From an uncultured Spirochaetaceae bacterium (lineage in GTDB: Bacteria; Myxococcota_A; UBA9160; UBA4427), in contig CAZETS010000016.1 in assembly GCA_964515335.1 (NCBI GenBank), positions 5,744 to 69,743 of the forward strand: a DNA stretch of 64,000 bases, written 5' to 3'. Under the pieces are notes generated by a model that did no database searches, was not told the DNA's origin, and worked only from the letters and a program-made list of their open reading frames with translations. Numbering within the stretch: the first letter of the stretch is position 1; every line of letters starts with the position of its first letter. Both the position numbers and the translations under genes were made by a program. Shown here piece after piece: positions 27,702-37,970 of this stretch.

Positions 27702-27819
27702 TCGCGTCGCGGCCGGTGCACGCCGGATCCCGCCCGGAGCGCCTCAAGCCGGGCGGACGGGCGGCCGATTCCGCGGGTCCAACGCGCGCTCGCGCTCGAA
27801 AGGAGCGTGCGGTTGGCGG

Positions 27820-28728
27820 ATGGCCATGAGCAATCCCCGCATCGTGCTTCCGATCGTCACGCTCGTCGTCGGCTTCGTGGCCGGCGGCGGCATGATCGCC
27901 ACCCGGCGCGCGCCGCTCACCGAGCGGCCCGAGCGAGAGCTGCCGCTCGTGCACGTGCAACGCGCGCAGCTCGAATCGGTGCGGCTCTCGGTCCGGACCC
28001 GCGGCACGGTGGTGCGAGCGCCCTCCCCCGGACGGGCGCGCGACGAATACGTCGGCCGCGGCCAGCTCGCCGGGCGGGGCGCAGCGATCGCGCGCCTCGA
28101 CCCGGCCGACTACGCGGAGGTGCGGCTGCCGATTCCGGACGCCGAGGCCGCGTACGTGGACCTGCCCACCGCGCAGCACGACGTCGCCCGCGACGGCGGC
28201 GACGAAGCCATGCCCGAGCTGATCCTGCGCGCGCGGCTCGCCGGCCGCGGCTACGAGTGGCGCGGGCGCATCGTGCGCACCGAGCCAGCACCCGACCCGC
28301 TCACGGGCACGATCCACGCGGTGGCGCGGGTCGAGGACCCGTACGGGCGCGGCGACGCCCCCGACCGGCCTCCGCTGGCCGTCGGGCTCTCCGTCGAGGC
28401 CGAGATCCCCGGCCGCCGCGTCGACGACGTCGCCGTGCTGCCGCGCCGCGCGCTGCGCGGCCACGCCCGCGTGGCGATCGTCGACCGCGACGGGCTGCTC
28501 AGGCTACGAGCCGTCGAAGTGCTCGAGCGCAATCCCGACACGGTGCTCGTCTCGCGCGGCGTCCTGGACGGCGACCGGATCTGCACCTCTCCGCTGCCGA
28601 TCTCGGTGGACGCCATGGCGGTGCGCGTGGTCGAGGCCGACGCACTCGCGAGCGACGAGCGCGGCTCGCTGCGCCGCGACGGCGAGGGGGTGTTCGTCGC
28701 AGGCGAGACGGCCCGGGGTGCGCTCTAG
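27820..28728 (+). CDS. HlyD/RND periplasmic-adaptor-like protein, apparently lacking the alpha-hairpin
   Basis: N-terminal TM segment IVLPIVTLVVGFVAGGGMI. Adaptor-like blocks include IARLDPADY and TIHAVARVEDPYG...PLAVGLSVEAEIPG...VAVLPRRAL. No coiled-coil segment is visible. Confidence 0.6.
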   Translation: MAMSNPRIVLPIVTLVVGFVAGGGMIATRRAPLTERPERELPLVHVQRAQLESVRLSVRTRGTVVRAPSPGRARDEYVGRGQLAGRGAAIARLDPADYAEVRLPIPDAEAAYVDLPTAQHDVARDGGDEAMPELILRARLAGRGYEWRGRIVRTEPAPDPLTGTIHAVARVEDPYGRGDAPDRPPLAVGLSVEAEIPGRRVDDVAVLPRRALRGHARVAIVDRDGLLRLRAVEVLERNPDTVLVSRGVLDGDRICTSPLPISVDAMAVRVVEADALASDERGSLRRDGEGVFVAGETARGAL

Positions 28729-28753
28729 AGGCCCACGGCTTCCAGGTCCGCGA

Positions 28754-29902
28754 TCAGGAGAGCCCCATCCTGCGCGCGATGATGACCTTCATGATCTCGT
28801 TGGTGCCCGCGTAGATGGACTGCACGGCGGCGTCGCGGTAGTCCTGCGAGATCGGATACTCGTCCATGAACCCGTAGCCGCCGAAGAGCTGCAGGCACTC
28901 GGCGGCGACCTTCTTCTGCAGGTCGCTCGCCCACCACTTCGCCATGCTGACCTCCTTGACGATCTCCTCGCCGCGCACGTGGGCGGCGAGGAGCTTGTCG
29001 ACGAAGGCCTGTCCGATCTCGATCTCGCTGGCCAGCTCGGCGAGCTTGAACTGCGTGTTCTGGAACCCCGCGATCGGCCGCCCGAAGGCCTTGCGCTCGC
29101 GCACGTAGTCGACGGTGTCGTCGAGCGACCGCCTCGCCGAGGCGATCGAGCCCACGCCGATGACGAGACGCTCCTGCTGGAGCTTCTCCATCAGCATCTT
29201 GAAGCCCTGCCCCTCCTGGCCGAGCAGGCTCTCGGCGGGCACGCGGCAGTCGTGGAAGAACAGCTCGCTGGTGTCCTGCCCCTTCAGGCCGAGCTTCGAG
29301 AGGTTGCGGCCGCGCTCGAAGCCGGGTGCGCCGGCCTCGACGAGGAGCAGGCTGATGCCCTTGTGGGGCGGCTCGGCGTCGGGCTCGGTCTTCGCCACCA
29401 CGATCACGAGGTCGCAGTTCTGGCCATTCGAGATGAACGTCTTTGCGCCGTCGATCACGTACTCGTCGCCGTCCCGGATCGCCCGGGTCTGCACGTTGGC
29501 GAGGTCCGAACCGGTGCCGGGCTCGGTCATCGCGATGGCGAGCAGACACTCGCCGGTGATGGCGCGCGTCAGGTACTTCTGCTTCTGCGCCTCGGTCCCG
29601 TAGGCGGTGAGGTACGGCATGCAGATGTCGGAGTGCAGCGAGGTCTGCAGCGCGTGGGCCCGCAGATAGGCGAGCTCTTCGATCACGATCGCGTCGAAGA
29701 GGAAGTCGGCGCCGGCGCCGCCGTACTCCTCGGGCGCGTTGGCGCCGAGGTAGCCGGCCTCGCCCAGCTTGCGCCAGGCCGCCTTGTCGCTGAGGCCGCG
29801 CGCGTTCCACTCGTCGAGGTGCGGAGCGATCTCGGCCTCGGCGAAGCGGCGGAACTCGGCGCGGAAGTGGTCGTGCTCGTCGCTGAAGATGTCTCGTCTC
29901 AT
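28754..29902 (-). CDS. Acyl-CoA dehydrogenase
   Basis: 382 aa covering the full ACAD fold (LAIAMTEPGTGSD, GGYGFMDEYPI, YAGTNEI). GGGAGA precedes the ATG. Confidence 0.93.
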   Translation of the reverse strand: MRRDIFSDEHDHFRAEFRRFAEAEIAPHLDEWNARGLSDKAAWRKLGEAGYLGANAPEEYGGAGADFLFDAIVIEELAYLRAHALQTSLHSDICMPYLTAYGTEAQKQKYLTRAITGECLLAIAMTEPGTGSDLANVQTRAIRDGDEYVIDGAKTFISNGQNCDLVIVVAKTEPDAEPPHKGISLLLVEAGAPGFERGRNLSKLGLKGQDTSELFFHDCRVPAESLLGQEGQGFKMLMEKLQQERLVIGVGSIASARRSLDDTVDYVRERKAFGRPIAGFQNTQFKLAELASEIEIGQAFVDKLLAAHVRGEEIVKEVSMAKWWASDLQKKVAAECLQLFGGYGFMDEYPISQDYRDAAVQSIYAGTNEIMKVIIARRMGLS

Positions 29903-30024
29903 GGGGTCTCCCGGGCGGCCGGCGGGCGCGGCGGCAGAGGGGGGGAGGAGCGGCAGAAGGGGAATCTAGCGGCCGGGCGCCGGCGGCGACCACCGGACGC
30001 GGGCGCCTTGCTAGCGTCCCGCGC

Positions 30025-30846
30025 ATGACGCTGCGGATCGGCCGGGCCGAGGTGGGGGACGGCGCGCCGCTCGTCCTGATCGCGGGTCTCAACGTGATCG
30101 AGGACGAGGCGCGGGCGATCGCCTGCGCGGAGACCGTGGCCGAGCTGGGCGCCCGACACGGCCTCGGCACGGTCTTCAAGGCGTCCTTCGACAAGGCGAA
30201 TCGGACGCGGGCGAACGCGTTTCGGGGGCCGGGCATCGACGAGGGCCTGCGCGTGCTCTCGGCCGTCAAGCGGACGACCGGGCTCCCGCTGCTGACCGAC
30301 GTCCACGAGCCCGACCAGGCCAAGCGCGCCGCCGACGTGGTCGACTGCCTGCAGGTGCCCGCGATGCTCTGTCGTCAGACCGACCTGCTCGAAGCCTGTG
30401 CGCGAACCGGACTGCCCGTGAACCTGAAGAAGGGGCAGTTCGTCGCCCCCGCCGACATGGCCCACGCCGTCACGAAGATCGCGGACTTCGGCGGCTCCGG
30501 AGCGATGGTGACCGAGCGCGGCACCTCGTTCGGTCACCGCGACCTGGTGGTCGACATGCGCGGGTTGGTCGAGATGCGGTCGTTCGCGCCGGTCTGCTTC
30601 GATGCCACCCACGCCGTCCAGCACCCGGGCGCCGCCGACGGTGCCTCGGGAGGCGACCGCCGGATGGTCGCTCCGCTCGCCCGGGCTGCGGCTGCCATCG
30701 GGATCGACGCGCTCTTCGTCGAGGTGCACGCCGAGCCCGACCGCGCGCCCGTCGACGGGCCGAGTCAGATCACGCCCGATGCCCTCGACGCGCTGCTGCG
30801 CGACGTGAGGGCGATCGATGCCGCGCTGCGCGACACTCGGACCTGA
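30025..30846 (+). CDS. kdsA: 3-deoxy-8-phosphooctulonate (KDO-8-P) synthase
   Basis: VFKASFDKANR, LQVPAMLCRQTDL, NLKKGQF and FDATHAVQ. Confidence 0.92.
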   Translation: MTLRIGRAEVGDGAPLVLIAGLNVIEDEARAIACAETVAELGARHGLGTVFKASFDKANRTRANAFRGPGIDEGLRVLSAVKRTTGLPLLTDVHEPDQAKRAADVVDCLQVPAMLCRQTDLLEACARTGLPVNLKKGQFVAPADMAHAVTKIADFGGSGAMVTERGTSFGHRDLVVDMRGLVEMRSFAPVCFDATHAVQHPGAADGASGGDRRMVAPLARAAAAIGIDALFVEVHAEPDRAPVDGPSQITPDALDALLRDVRAIDAALRDTRT

Positions 30847-30876
30847 TTCGAATCGATCCCGAGGGAGAAGCAAGTC

Positions 30877-31644
30877 ATGGATCTGAAGGGCAAGGCCGCG
30901 ATCGTGACCGGCGGCGGCACCGGCGTCGGCCGGCAGACGGCGTTGATGCTCGCCGACGCGGGCTGCTCGGTGCTGGTCAACTACAGCCGCTCGAAGGACG
31001 GCGCCGAGGAAACCGCCAAGCAGGCCCGCGAGGCGGGCGTCGACGCGCTGGCCTTCCAGGCCGACGTGGCCGAAGACGATGCCTGCCGGGCGATGGTGGC
31101 CGAGGCCGAGCGGGCCTTCGGGCGGTTGGACGTGCTCGTCAACAACGCGGGCACCACGAAGTTCGTCCCGCACCAGAACCTCGACGGCCTCGACTTCGAC
31201 GACTGGATGCGCATCCTGGCCGTCAACACCGTCGGTCCGTTTCAGTGCACCCGCGCCGCGCTGCCCCTGCTGTCGGCCGACGGCGGCGGCGAGGTCGTGA
31301 TGACGTCGAGCGTCGCCGGGCTGATCGCCACCGGCAGCTCGATCGCGTACTGCGCGTCGAAGGCGGGACTCAACAACCTCACCGTCTCGCTCGCGCGCGT
31401 CTGCGGACCGAACGTGCGCGTCAACGCTGTGGCGCCGGGCTTCATCGACGGCGAGTGGCTCCAGCAGGGGCTCGGCGACGCCTACGAGGCCGTGAAATCC
31501 GCCATGGAGGCGCGCTCGCCGATCGGCCGTGTCGCCACGCCGCGCACCGTCGCCGAGGCGATCCTGTCGCTCCTGACCGGCTCGGACGTGGTCACCGGCC
31601 ACGTCCTGCCCGTCGAAGGCGGCATGATCATCGGCATGGGATGA
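30877..31644 (+). CDS. SDR-family oxidoreductase (FabG-like)
   Basis: TGGGTGVGR, NNAG, and S...YCASK catalytic residues. Confidence 0.88.
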   Translation: MDLKGKAAIVTGGGTGVGRQTALMLADAGCSVLVNYSRSKDGAEETAKQAREAGVDALAFQADVAEDDACRAMVAEAERAFGRLDVLVNNAGTTKFVPHQNLDGLDFDDWMRILAVNTVGPFQCTRAALPLLSADGGGEVVMTSSVAGLIATGSSIAYCASKAGLNNLTVSLARVCGPNVRVNAVAPGFIDGEWLQQGLGDAYEAVKSAMEARSPIGRVATPRTVAEAILSLLTGSDVVTGHVLPVEGGMIIGMG

Positions 31645-32456
31645 GCAAAGCCGCGGCACAGCGCGTGCTCATAACGGGCGCGTCTTCGGGCATCGGCGCG
31701 GCGACGGCGGCTCACCTCGTCGCCCGCGGCCACCACGTGTACGGCACGAGCCGGCGGCCGCGCGAGGAGCCGGGCGACGGCGTGCGCTGGCTGCGCATGG
31801 ACGTGTGCGAGGACGAGTCCGTGCGCAAGGGCGTCGAGACGATGCTCGGCGAGGCCGGCGCGATCGACGCGGTCGTCTGCAACGCCGGCATCGGCATCTT
31901 CGGATCCGTCGAGGAGGTCACGATCGACGACGCGCGCCGGCAGCTCGAGACGAACTTCTTCGGCGTGCTGCGGGTGCTGCGCGCAGTGCTGCCCGGCATG
32001 CGGGCCGCGCGGTCGGGGCGCGTGATCGTGGTCGGCTCGCTCGCCGGACGCGCTCCGATCCCCTTCCAGGCCCACTACTCGGCCAGCAAGGCGGCGCTCG
32101 ACGCGCTCACGGCGAGCCTCGCGAACGAGGTCCGGGAGTTCGGCGTGCACGCCAGCCTCGTCGAGCCGGGCGACATCCGCACACCGTTCAACGACGCCAT
32201 GGACTGGACCACCAGCCCGACCGACAGCGCCTACGGCGAGCGGATCCGCAGTGCGGCTGACGTCATCCGCAAGTCGCTCCCCGAGGCGCCGCCGCCGGAG
32301 GTCGTCGCCCGGTCGATCACGCGCGCCCTCGAGGCGCGGCACCCCCGCGCCCGCTACGCGGTCGGCGCAGAGGCGCGCATCGTTCCCTTCGGCCGAAGGC
32401 TGCTGCCCGACCGGATCAACCTGGCGCTGATCCGCCGACACTTTGGTCTCCGATGA
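31641..32456 (+). CDS. SDR-family oxidoreductase
   Basis: The ATG overlaps the upstream stop (ATGA). Contains ITGASSGIG, NAG and YSASK. Confidence 0.88.
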   Translation: MSKAAAQRVLITGASSGIGAATAAHLVARGHHVYGTSRRPREEPGDGVRWLRMDVCEDESVRKGVETMLGEAGAIDAVVCNAGIGIFGSVEEVTIDDARRQLETNFFGVLRVLRAVLPGMRAARSGRVIVVGSLAGRAPIPFQAHYSASKAALDALTASLANEVREFGVHASLVEPGDIRTPFNDAMDWTTSPTDSAYGERIRSAADVIRKSLPEAPPPEVVARSITRALEARHPRARYAVGAEARIVPFGRRLLPDRINLALIRRHFGLR

Positions 32457-32490
32457 AGCGGGGGCTTCGGCGAGGAAGAACGGAGTTCTG

Positions 32491-33207
32491 ATGGGCGGCG
32501 GCATGTCGATGACGCACGAGCGAGGTCCTTTCTTCGGTCTGCTGATCGCGCAGCTCTTCTTCATCGGCGTCTCTCCGTTCGTGAGCGACACCGGCGCGGG
32601 ACGCACGTTCCTGTTCGCGGCCATCTTCGCCATCATGGGCGCGAGCGCCTACGCGTCGGCTTCCAGCCGGAACCTGCTGATCGTCTCGATCGCGGTGCTG
32701 CTGACCGCGGGAATGGCGTGGCTCGGGCCCGACGTGATGCCCGGCAACAGCGACGAATTCCTGCGGCTCGGGGTCGTCGGCTTCGGAACCGCCTTCACCG
32801 CAGTAACCGTGCTCGTGACAGTGGCCCACCACCATCGCGTCACCACCGACACGATCCTCGGCGGCATCAACGCGTACCTGCTGATCGCCATCGCGTTCAC
32901 CTTCTTCCACGCCATCGTGATAGTCGTCGAGACGGACGCGTACACGTTGGGCGGTGTCCCGATCCGCGACATCCTCGACAGCCACCAGGACACGCACGGC
33001 TACGCGACGCTTTTGTACTTCAGCTTCACGACGCTCACGACCCTGGGCTACGGAGACATGGTGCCCGTGCACCCGGTCGCCCGGCTCCTGGCCAGCGGCG
33101 AGGCGGTGCTCGGGCAGCTCTTCGTGGCAATCTTCATCGCGCGCCTCGTCAGCCTGGAGGTCAGCCAGCGGACCTCGCCGTCCGGAGAGGACGCGAACGA
33201 CCGATGA
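32491..33207 (+). CDS. Potassium channel family protein (pore-loop TLGYGD)
   Basis: Selectivity filter FTTLTTLGYGDM with several TM helices. ATG 32491 follows GGAG; the track's TTG 32443 is less likely. Confidence 0.85.
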   Translation: MGGGMSMTHERGPFFGLLIAQLFFIGVSPFVSDTGAGRTFLFAAIFAIMGASAYASASSRNLLIVSIAVLLTAGMAWLGPDVMPGNSDEFLRLGVVGFGTAFTAVTVLVTVAHHHRVTTDTILGGINAYLLIAIAFTFFHAIVIVVETDAYTLGGVPIRDILDSHQDTHGYATLLYFSFTTLTTLGYGDMVPVHPVARLLASGEAVLGQLFVAIFIARLVSLEVSQRTSPSGEDANDR

Positions 33208-34601
33208 CGCGCGACGCCGCGAGGGTGCTTCGCTGCATCTCGCCCGCGGATGGGCGCGTCTACGTGGAGCGCCCGCTGCTCGACGATCGCGAGGTCGCGG
33301 CCGCGCTCGAGCGCGCGCGGATCGCGCAGCGAGGCTGGGCCGCCACGCCGCTCGGCGAGCGCGAGGCGATCGTCGGGCGCGCCGTCGACGCGATGCTGAG
33401 CCGACGCGAGGCCGTCGCCGAGGAGATCACGCTGCAGATGGGGCGGCCGATCGCGCAGTCACCCGGCGAGATCGGCGGCTTCGAGGAGCGCGCACGCCAC
33501 ATGGCGTCGATCGCGGCCGGGTGCCTGGCGGAGGTGGCGCCCGAGCCGAAGCCGGGCTTCACGCGGTTCATCCGCCGCGAGCCCCTCGGCGTGGTCTTCG
33601 TCGTCGCGCCGTGGAACTACCCCTACCTGACGGCCGTGAACGCGGTGGTGCCCGCCCTGCTCGCCGGCAACGCGGTGCTCCTCAAGCACTCGTCGCAGAC
33701 GCCGCTCTGCGCCGAGCGCTTCGCCGAGGTGTTCGACGAGGCCGGCCTGCCCGCCGGCGCCCTGCAGGCCCTCCACCTCTCGCACGAGAGCACCCTCGGC
33801 CTGGTCGGTCGCGATGGCGTCGACTTCGTGGCCTTCACCGGCTCGGTGGAAGGCGGCCACGCGATCTCGCGCGCCGCCGCCGACCGCTTCATCGCCACCG
33901 GCCTCGAGCTCGGCGGCAAGGATCCCGCCTACGTGGCAGCGGACGCCGACGTCGAGGAGGCGGCCGCGGGTCTCGTCGACGGCGCGTTCTTCAACTCGGG
34001 GCAGTCGTGCTGCGGGATCGAGCGCATCTACGCCCACCGCGATCTCTACGATCGGTTCGTCGACGCCGCCGTCGGCGCCGCGCTCGACTACCGCCTCGGC
34101 GACCCGCGCGACGAGCACACCACGCTCGGCCCGATGGTGCGCAGCGCCGCCGCGGACTTCGTTCGCGAGCAGACCGCCGAGGCCATCGCCGCGGGCGGCC
34201 GCGCGCTGATCGATCCGTCGCGCTTTCCCGCCGACGCGGCCGGCACCGCCTACCTGGCGCCGCAGATCCTCGTCGACGTCCACCACGGAATGCGCGTGAT
34301 GACGGAGGAGAGCTTTGGCCCGGTGGTCGGCATCATGCCCGTCTCGTCCGACGACGAGGCCGTCGCCCTGATGAACGACAGCCGCTACGGCCTCACTGCC
34401 TCGATCTGGACCGGCGACGAAGCGCGCGCCATCGACATCGGCGGTCGCCTCGAGACCGGCACGGTCTTCATGAACCGCTGCGACTACCTCGACCCGGCCC
34501 TCGCCTGGACGGGCGTCAAGGACTCGGGGCGGGGCGTGACGCTCTCGAAGCTGGGCTACGAGGTGCTGACGCGGGCGAAGTCGTTCCACCTGCGCGCCTA
34601 G
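33204..34601 (+). CDS. NAD(P)-dependent aldehyde dehydrogenase
   Basis: The ATG overlaps the channel gene stop (ATGA). Contains APWNYP, ELGGKDP and FNSGQSCCGIER. Confidence 0.9.
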   Translation: MTRDAARVLRCISPADGRVYVERPLLDDREVAAALERARIAQRGWAATPLGEREAIVGRAVDAMLSRREAVAEEITLQMGRPIAQSPGEIGGFEERARHMASIAAGCLAEVAPEPKPGFTRFIRREPLGVVFVVAPWNYPYLTAVNAVVPALLAGNAVLLKHSSQTPLCAERFAEVFDEAGLPAGALQALHLSHESTLGLVGRDGVDFVAFTGSVEGGHAISRAAADRFIATGLELGGKDPAYVAADADVEEAAAGLVDGAFFNSGQSCCGIERIYAHRDLYDRFVDAAVGAALDYRLGDPRDEHTTLGPMVRSAAADFVREQTAEAIAAGGRALIDPSRFPADAAGTAYLAPQILVDVHHGMRVMTEESFGPVVGIMPVSSDDEAVALMNDSRYGLTASIWTGDEARAIDIGGRLETGTVFMNRCDYLDPALAWTGVKDSGRGVTLSKLGYEVLTRAKSFHLRA

Positions 34602-34619
34602 CTCCGGGATACGCGGGGC

Positions 34620-35453
34620 TCAGATTCCCTCGTCGGCCAGCCGCAGCGCCGCCTCGACGCTGCCGTCGCTCTCGCGCAGCAGCCTTCGCGCCTCGAGCTT
34701 CTCGACGTTTGCGAGCGACATCACGATGCGCACGGCGCGCCCACGGAGCTTGCTCGACACCGGGTCGACGTGGGTCATCAGATTGCCGCGCACCTTGCCC
34801 AGTCTCACCATCACAGCGGTCGACAGGAGCGACAGCACCATCTTCTGCGCCAGGCCGCCCTTCATGCGCGTCGAGCCAGCGACGACTTCGGGACCCACCA
34901 CCGGAGCGATGCTGATCTCCGCGGCCTCGGCCAGCGGCGAGTGGGGGTCGCAGGTGATCGCGATCGTGCGCGCGCCCACCTCGTGGGCGGCGTCGAGCCC
35001 GCCGAGCGCAAAGGGCGTGCGACCGCTCGCCGAGATGGCCACCACTGCGTCGCCGAGGGTCAGGCCGCGCTCCTGCAGCTCGAAGACGGCCGACTTGGGA
35101 TCGTCCTCGGCGCCCTCCACCGCGTGGCGCAGCGCACGGTCGCCGCCGGCGATCAGGCCCTGCACGGTGCGCGGCGGGATACCGTAGGTGGGCGGCATCT
35201 CCGAGGCGTCGAGCACACCGAGCCGCCCGCTCGTGCCGGCACCCACGTTGAACCAGCGCCCGCCGCCACCGATCACGGTGGCGAGCACCTCCACCGCCTC
35301 GGCGATGCAGGGCAGCACGCGGCCGACGGCGGCGTGCGCGTTGGCGTCCTCGTCGTGGATCAGGCGGAGCACGTCGGCGACCGGGCGGCGATCGAGATCG
35401 CGCGCCGCGTCGAGCAGAGCCTCGGTGGGGAAGTCCGTGCCGTTGCCAGCCAT
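34620..35453 (-). CDS. murQ: N-acetylmuramic acid 6-phosphate etherase
   Basis: Internal ATG at 35453. SIS-domain motifs GAGTSGRLG, AISASGRTP and AGSTRMKGG. Confidence 0.9.
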   Translation of the reverse strand: MAGNGTDFPTEALLDAARDLDRRPVADVLRLIHDEDANAHAAVGRVLPCIAEAVEVLATVIGGGGRWFNVGAGTSGRLGVLDASEMPPTYGIPPRTVQGLIAGGDRALRHAVEGAEDDPKSAVFELQERGLTLGDAVVAISASGRTPFALGGLDAAHEVGARTIAITCDPHSPLAEAAEISIAPVVGPEVVAGSTRMKGGLAQKMVLSLLSTAVMVRLGKVRGNLMTHVDPVSSKLRGRAVRIVMSLANVEKLEARRLLRESDGSVEAALRLADEGI

Positions 35454-35516
35454 CGACAGAGGCTTTCGGCCGATCGCCCGCCAGTCATGAGGGCCGGAAG
35501 CTACAGTTCGTCCGTG

Positions 35517-37970
35517 ATGTTCCGCGTCGACCAGCAGACCCTCGAAGCGCTCGAGTGGCCCGAGGTGATGGCGCGCCTCGCCGACGCCTGCCGGACCGAG
35601 CGCGCGCGCCGACAGCTTCTCGAACAGGCCGCTACACCCACGTCGGAAGAGTCCGCCGAGGTGGCAGACTGCGTGTTCCCTGCCGATCGGGCGGAAACCC
35701 TCGCACGGCTTCGCGAGACCGACGAGGCGCGAGCCCTGCTCGACGCCGACGAGGCGCCGCCGATCGGCGCCACGGCCGACGTCGCCCGCCTGCTCGATCG
35801 CGCCGAGCGGGGCGCCGTGCTCGATGCGGGCGAGCTGCTCGACGTACGCGCCTGCGCGGAGACGCTGCGCGGGGTGTCGCGCTTTCTCTGCGCGCCGGGC
35901 CGCTCCGAGCGCGCACCGGCGCTCGCCGAAACCGCGTGGGTCATCGAGGCGCCCGAGGGCATCGATCACGAGATCGCTCGCTGCATCGATCCCGGCGGAG
36001 AGCTGCGCGACGCGGCGTCGCCCGCGCTCGCCGAGGCGCGCCGCGCGAGCCTCCGGCTCGGCGGCGAGCTCAAGCGTCGCCTCGAGCGCTACCTGCAGGA
36101 CACGGACGTCACCGGTCACCTGTCCGACCGCTACTTCACGGTGCGCAACGACCGCTACGTGCTGCCCGTCAAGGCCGACGCCAAGGGCCACGTGCGCGGC
36201 ATCGTGCACGACGCCTCGCGCTCGGGCACGACGCTCTTCATCGAGCCCGAGGGCGCCGTCGAGCTGAACAACCAGCTGAAGCGCGCCGAGCTCGACGTCG
36301 AGCGCGAGACCGAGCGCGTGCTGCGCGCGCTGTCGGCCGCCGTCGCCGGGGTGGCGCCGGCCCTGCGCGCCGGACTCGACGCGCTCACCCGCATCGACCA
36401 CGCGTTCGCGCGCGGGCGACTCTCGCAGCAGATGGACGCCACCTCGCCGAGCACCGCTGAGGACGGCGTCTTCGAGCTGCCCGCCCTGCGCCACCCGCTG
36501 ATCCACCCCGACGAGTGCGTGCCCAACGACGTGCGCCTCGGCGCGGACTTCCAGGTGCTCGTGCTGTCCGGGCCGAACGCCGGCGGCAAGACGGTCACCC
36601 TCAAGGCGACGGCCCTCGCCGCCTTGCTGGTGCGCGCGGGGCTGCACGTCCCGTGCGGCACGGGTGCGCGCGTGGATCTCGTCGAGGACGTGATCGCCGA
36701 CATCGGCGACGGACAGGACATCGGCGAGAGCCTCTCGACCTTCTCGGCCCACATGGCCAAGCAGGCGCGCATCGTCGAGCGCGCCGGACCGCACACCCTC
36801 GTCGTGCTCGACGAGATCGGCGTCGGCACCGACCCGAGCGAGGGCGCGGCTCTCGCCCAGGCGATCCTCGAGCGCCTTTCGGACGCGGGCGCTCGTGTCG
36901 TCACCACGACCCACTACGGGCTGCTCAAGGAGATGGCCAACGTCGATCCGCGCTTCGAGAACGCCAGCGTCGAGTTCGATGCGGAGACGCTCGCGCCGAC
37001 CTACCGCCTGCGCGTCGGCGAGCCGGGCTCCTCGTCGGCTGCCGCGGTGGCTTCGCGCATGGGCATGCCGAGCGACGTGCTCGAGCGCGCCGATGCGCTG
37101 CAGCGTCGCGAGGACCGCCAGCTCGACCGCATGCTCGCCGAGCTGTCCGCCAGCCGCGCGACACTCGAAAGCGAGCGCCGCCAGATGGCCGAGCTGCGGG
37201 CCGAGAGCGAGGCGGTGCGCGACGACTACCGGGCCCGGCTCGAGCGGCTGCAGGAGCGGCGCGACGACCTGTACCGCAGCATGCGTGACGACCTCGACGC
37301 CGCGTTCAAGGAAGCGCACCAGGAGGTCGCCGGCGTGATCCGCGAGCTGCAGGGCGGCCCCACCTCGCAGAAGGCCGCGGCGGCCCGCGAGCGCCTCGTC
37401 GAGCTCGAAGCCAGGGCCCGCGCCGACGAGGCCGCAGCGGGCGTGCCGCGGGCACCGGTCCGTCCTCCGGACGCCGCTCCCGTCGACTGGCGCCGGGCAC
37501 GAGCCGGCGACACCGTGCGCGTGTCGGGCGGGCGCGAGGGCGTGCTGCTGAGCCTCCCCGATCGCCGGGGGCGGGCGACGGTTCGCGTGGGCGCCGCCAA
37601 GCTCGTGCTGCCCGCCGAGCAGATCGGGCAGGCCGCGCCGGGCAGCGCGCAGACGCGCGCCGGAGCCGGCGATCGCGTGCGTGTGGAGCGGGCCCGGGCG
37701 ACCGGCGACGACGCCTCGCTGGCGGGCGGGACGAGCGAGTGCGACCTGCGTGGTCTGCGCGTAGACGAGGCGCTCGACCGCCTGGGCGAGCTGATCGACC
37801 GCGCGGCCGCCGACGGACGGGACACCGTGCGCGTCGTCCACGGCCACGGGTCCGGCGCTTTGCGGCGTGCGGTGCGCGACCAGCTCGCCGCGTCGCCCCT
37901 GGTGGCGGATCTCCGCGCCGGCGGCAACGACGAAGGCGGAGAAGGCGCGACCATCGCGACACTTCGCTGA
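35517..37970 (+). CDS. mutS2: Endonuclease MutS2 (MutS domain V plus C-terminal Smr)
   Basis: Walker A LSGPNAGGKTVTLK, LDEIGVGTDP and the Smr tail DLRGLRVDEAL...VVHGHGSGALR. Alternative ATG at 35487. Confidence 0.9.
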   Translation: MFRVDQQTLEALEWPEVMARLADACRTERARRQLLEQAATPTSEESAEVADCVFPADRAETLARLRETDEARALLDADEAPPIGATADVARLLDRAERGAVLDAGELLDVRACAETLRGVSRFLCAPGRSERAPALAETAWVIEAPEGIDHEIARCIDPGGELRDAASPALAEARRASLRLGGELKRRLERYLQDTDVTGHLSDRYFTVRNDRYVLPVKADAKGHVRGIVHDASRSGTTLFIEPEGAVELNNQLKRAELDVERETERVLRALSAAVAGVAPALRAGLDALTRIDHAFARGRLSQQMDATSPSTAEDGVFELPALRHPLIHPDECVPNDVRLGADFQVLVLSGPNAGGKTVTLKATALAALLVRAGLHVPCGTGARVDLVEDVIADIGDGQDIGESLSTFSAHMAKQARIVERAGPHTLVVLDEIGVGTDPSEGAALAQAILERLSDAGARVVTTTHYGLLKEMANVDPRFENASVEFDAETLAPTYRLRVGEPGSSSAAAVASRMGMPSDVLERADALQRREDRQLDRMLAELSASRATLESERRQMAELRAESEAVRDDYRARLERLQERRDDLYRSMRDDLDAAFKEAHQEVAGVIRELQGGPTSQKAAAARERLVELEARARADEAAAGVPRAPVRPPDAAPVDWRRARAGDTVRVSGGREGVLLSLPDRRGRATVRVGAAKLVLPAEQIGQAAPGSAQTRAGAGDRVRVERARATGDDASLAGGTSECDLRGLRVDEALDRLGELIDRAAADGRDTVRVVHGHGSGALRRAVRDQLAASPLVADLRAGGNDEGGEGATIATLR

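Noticed and set aside
27820-28728. Adaptor-like gene as part of an efflux operon.
   Set aside because: No inner-membrane pump or outer-membrane factor gene lies within several kb on either side.
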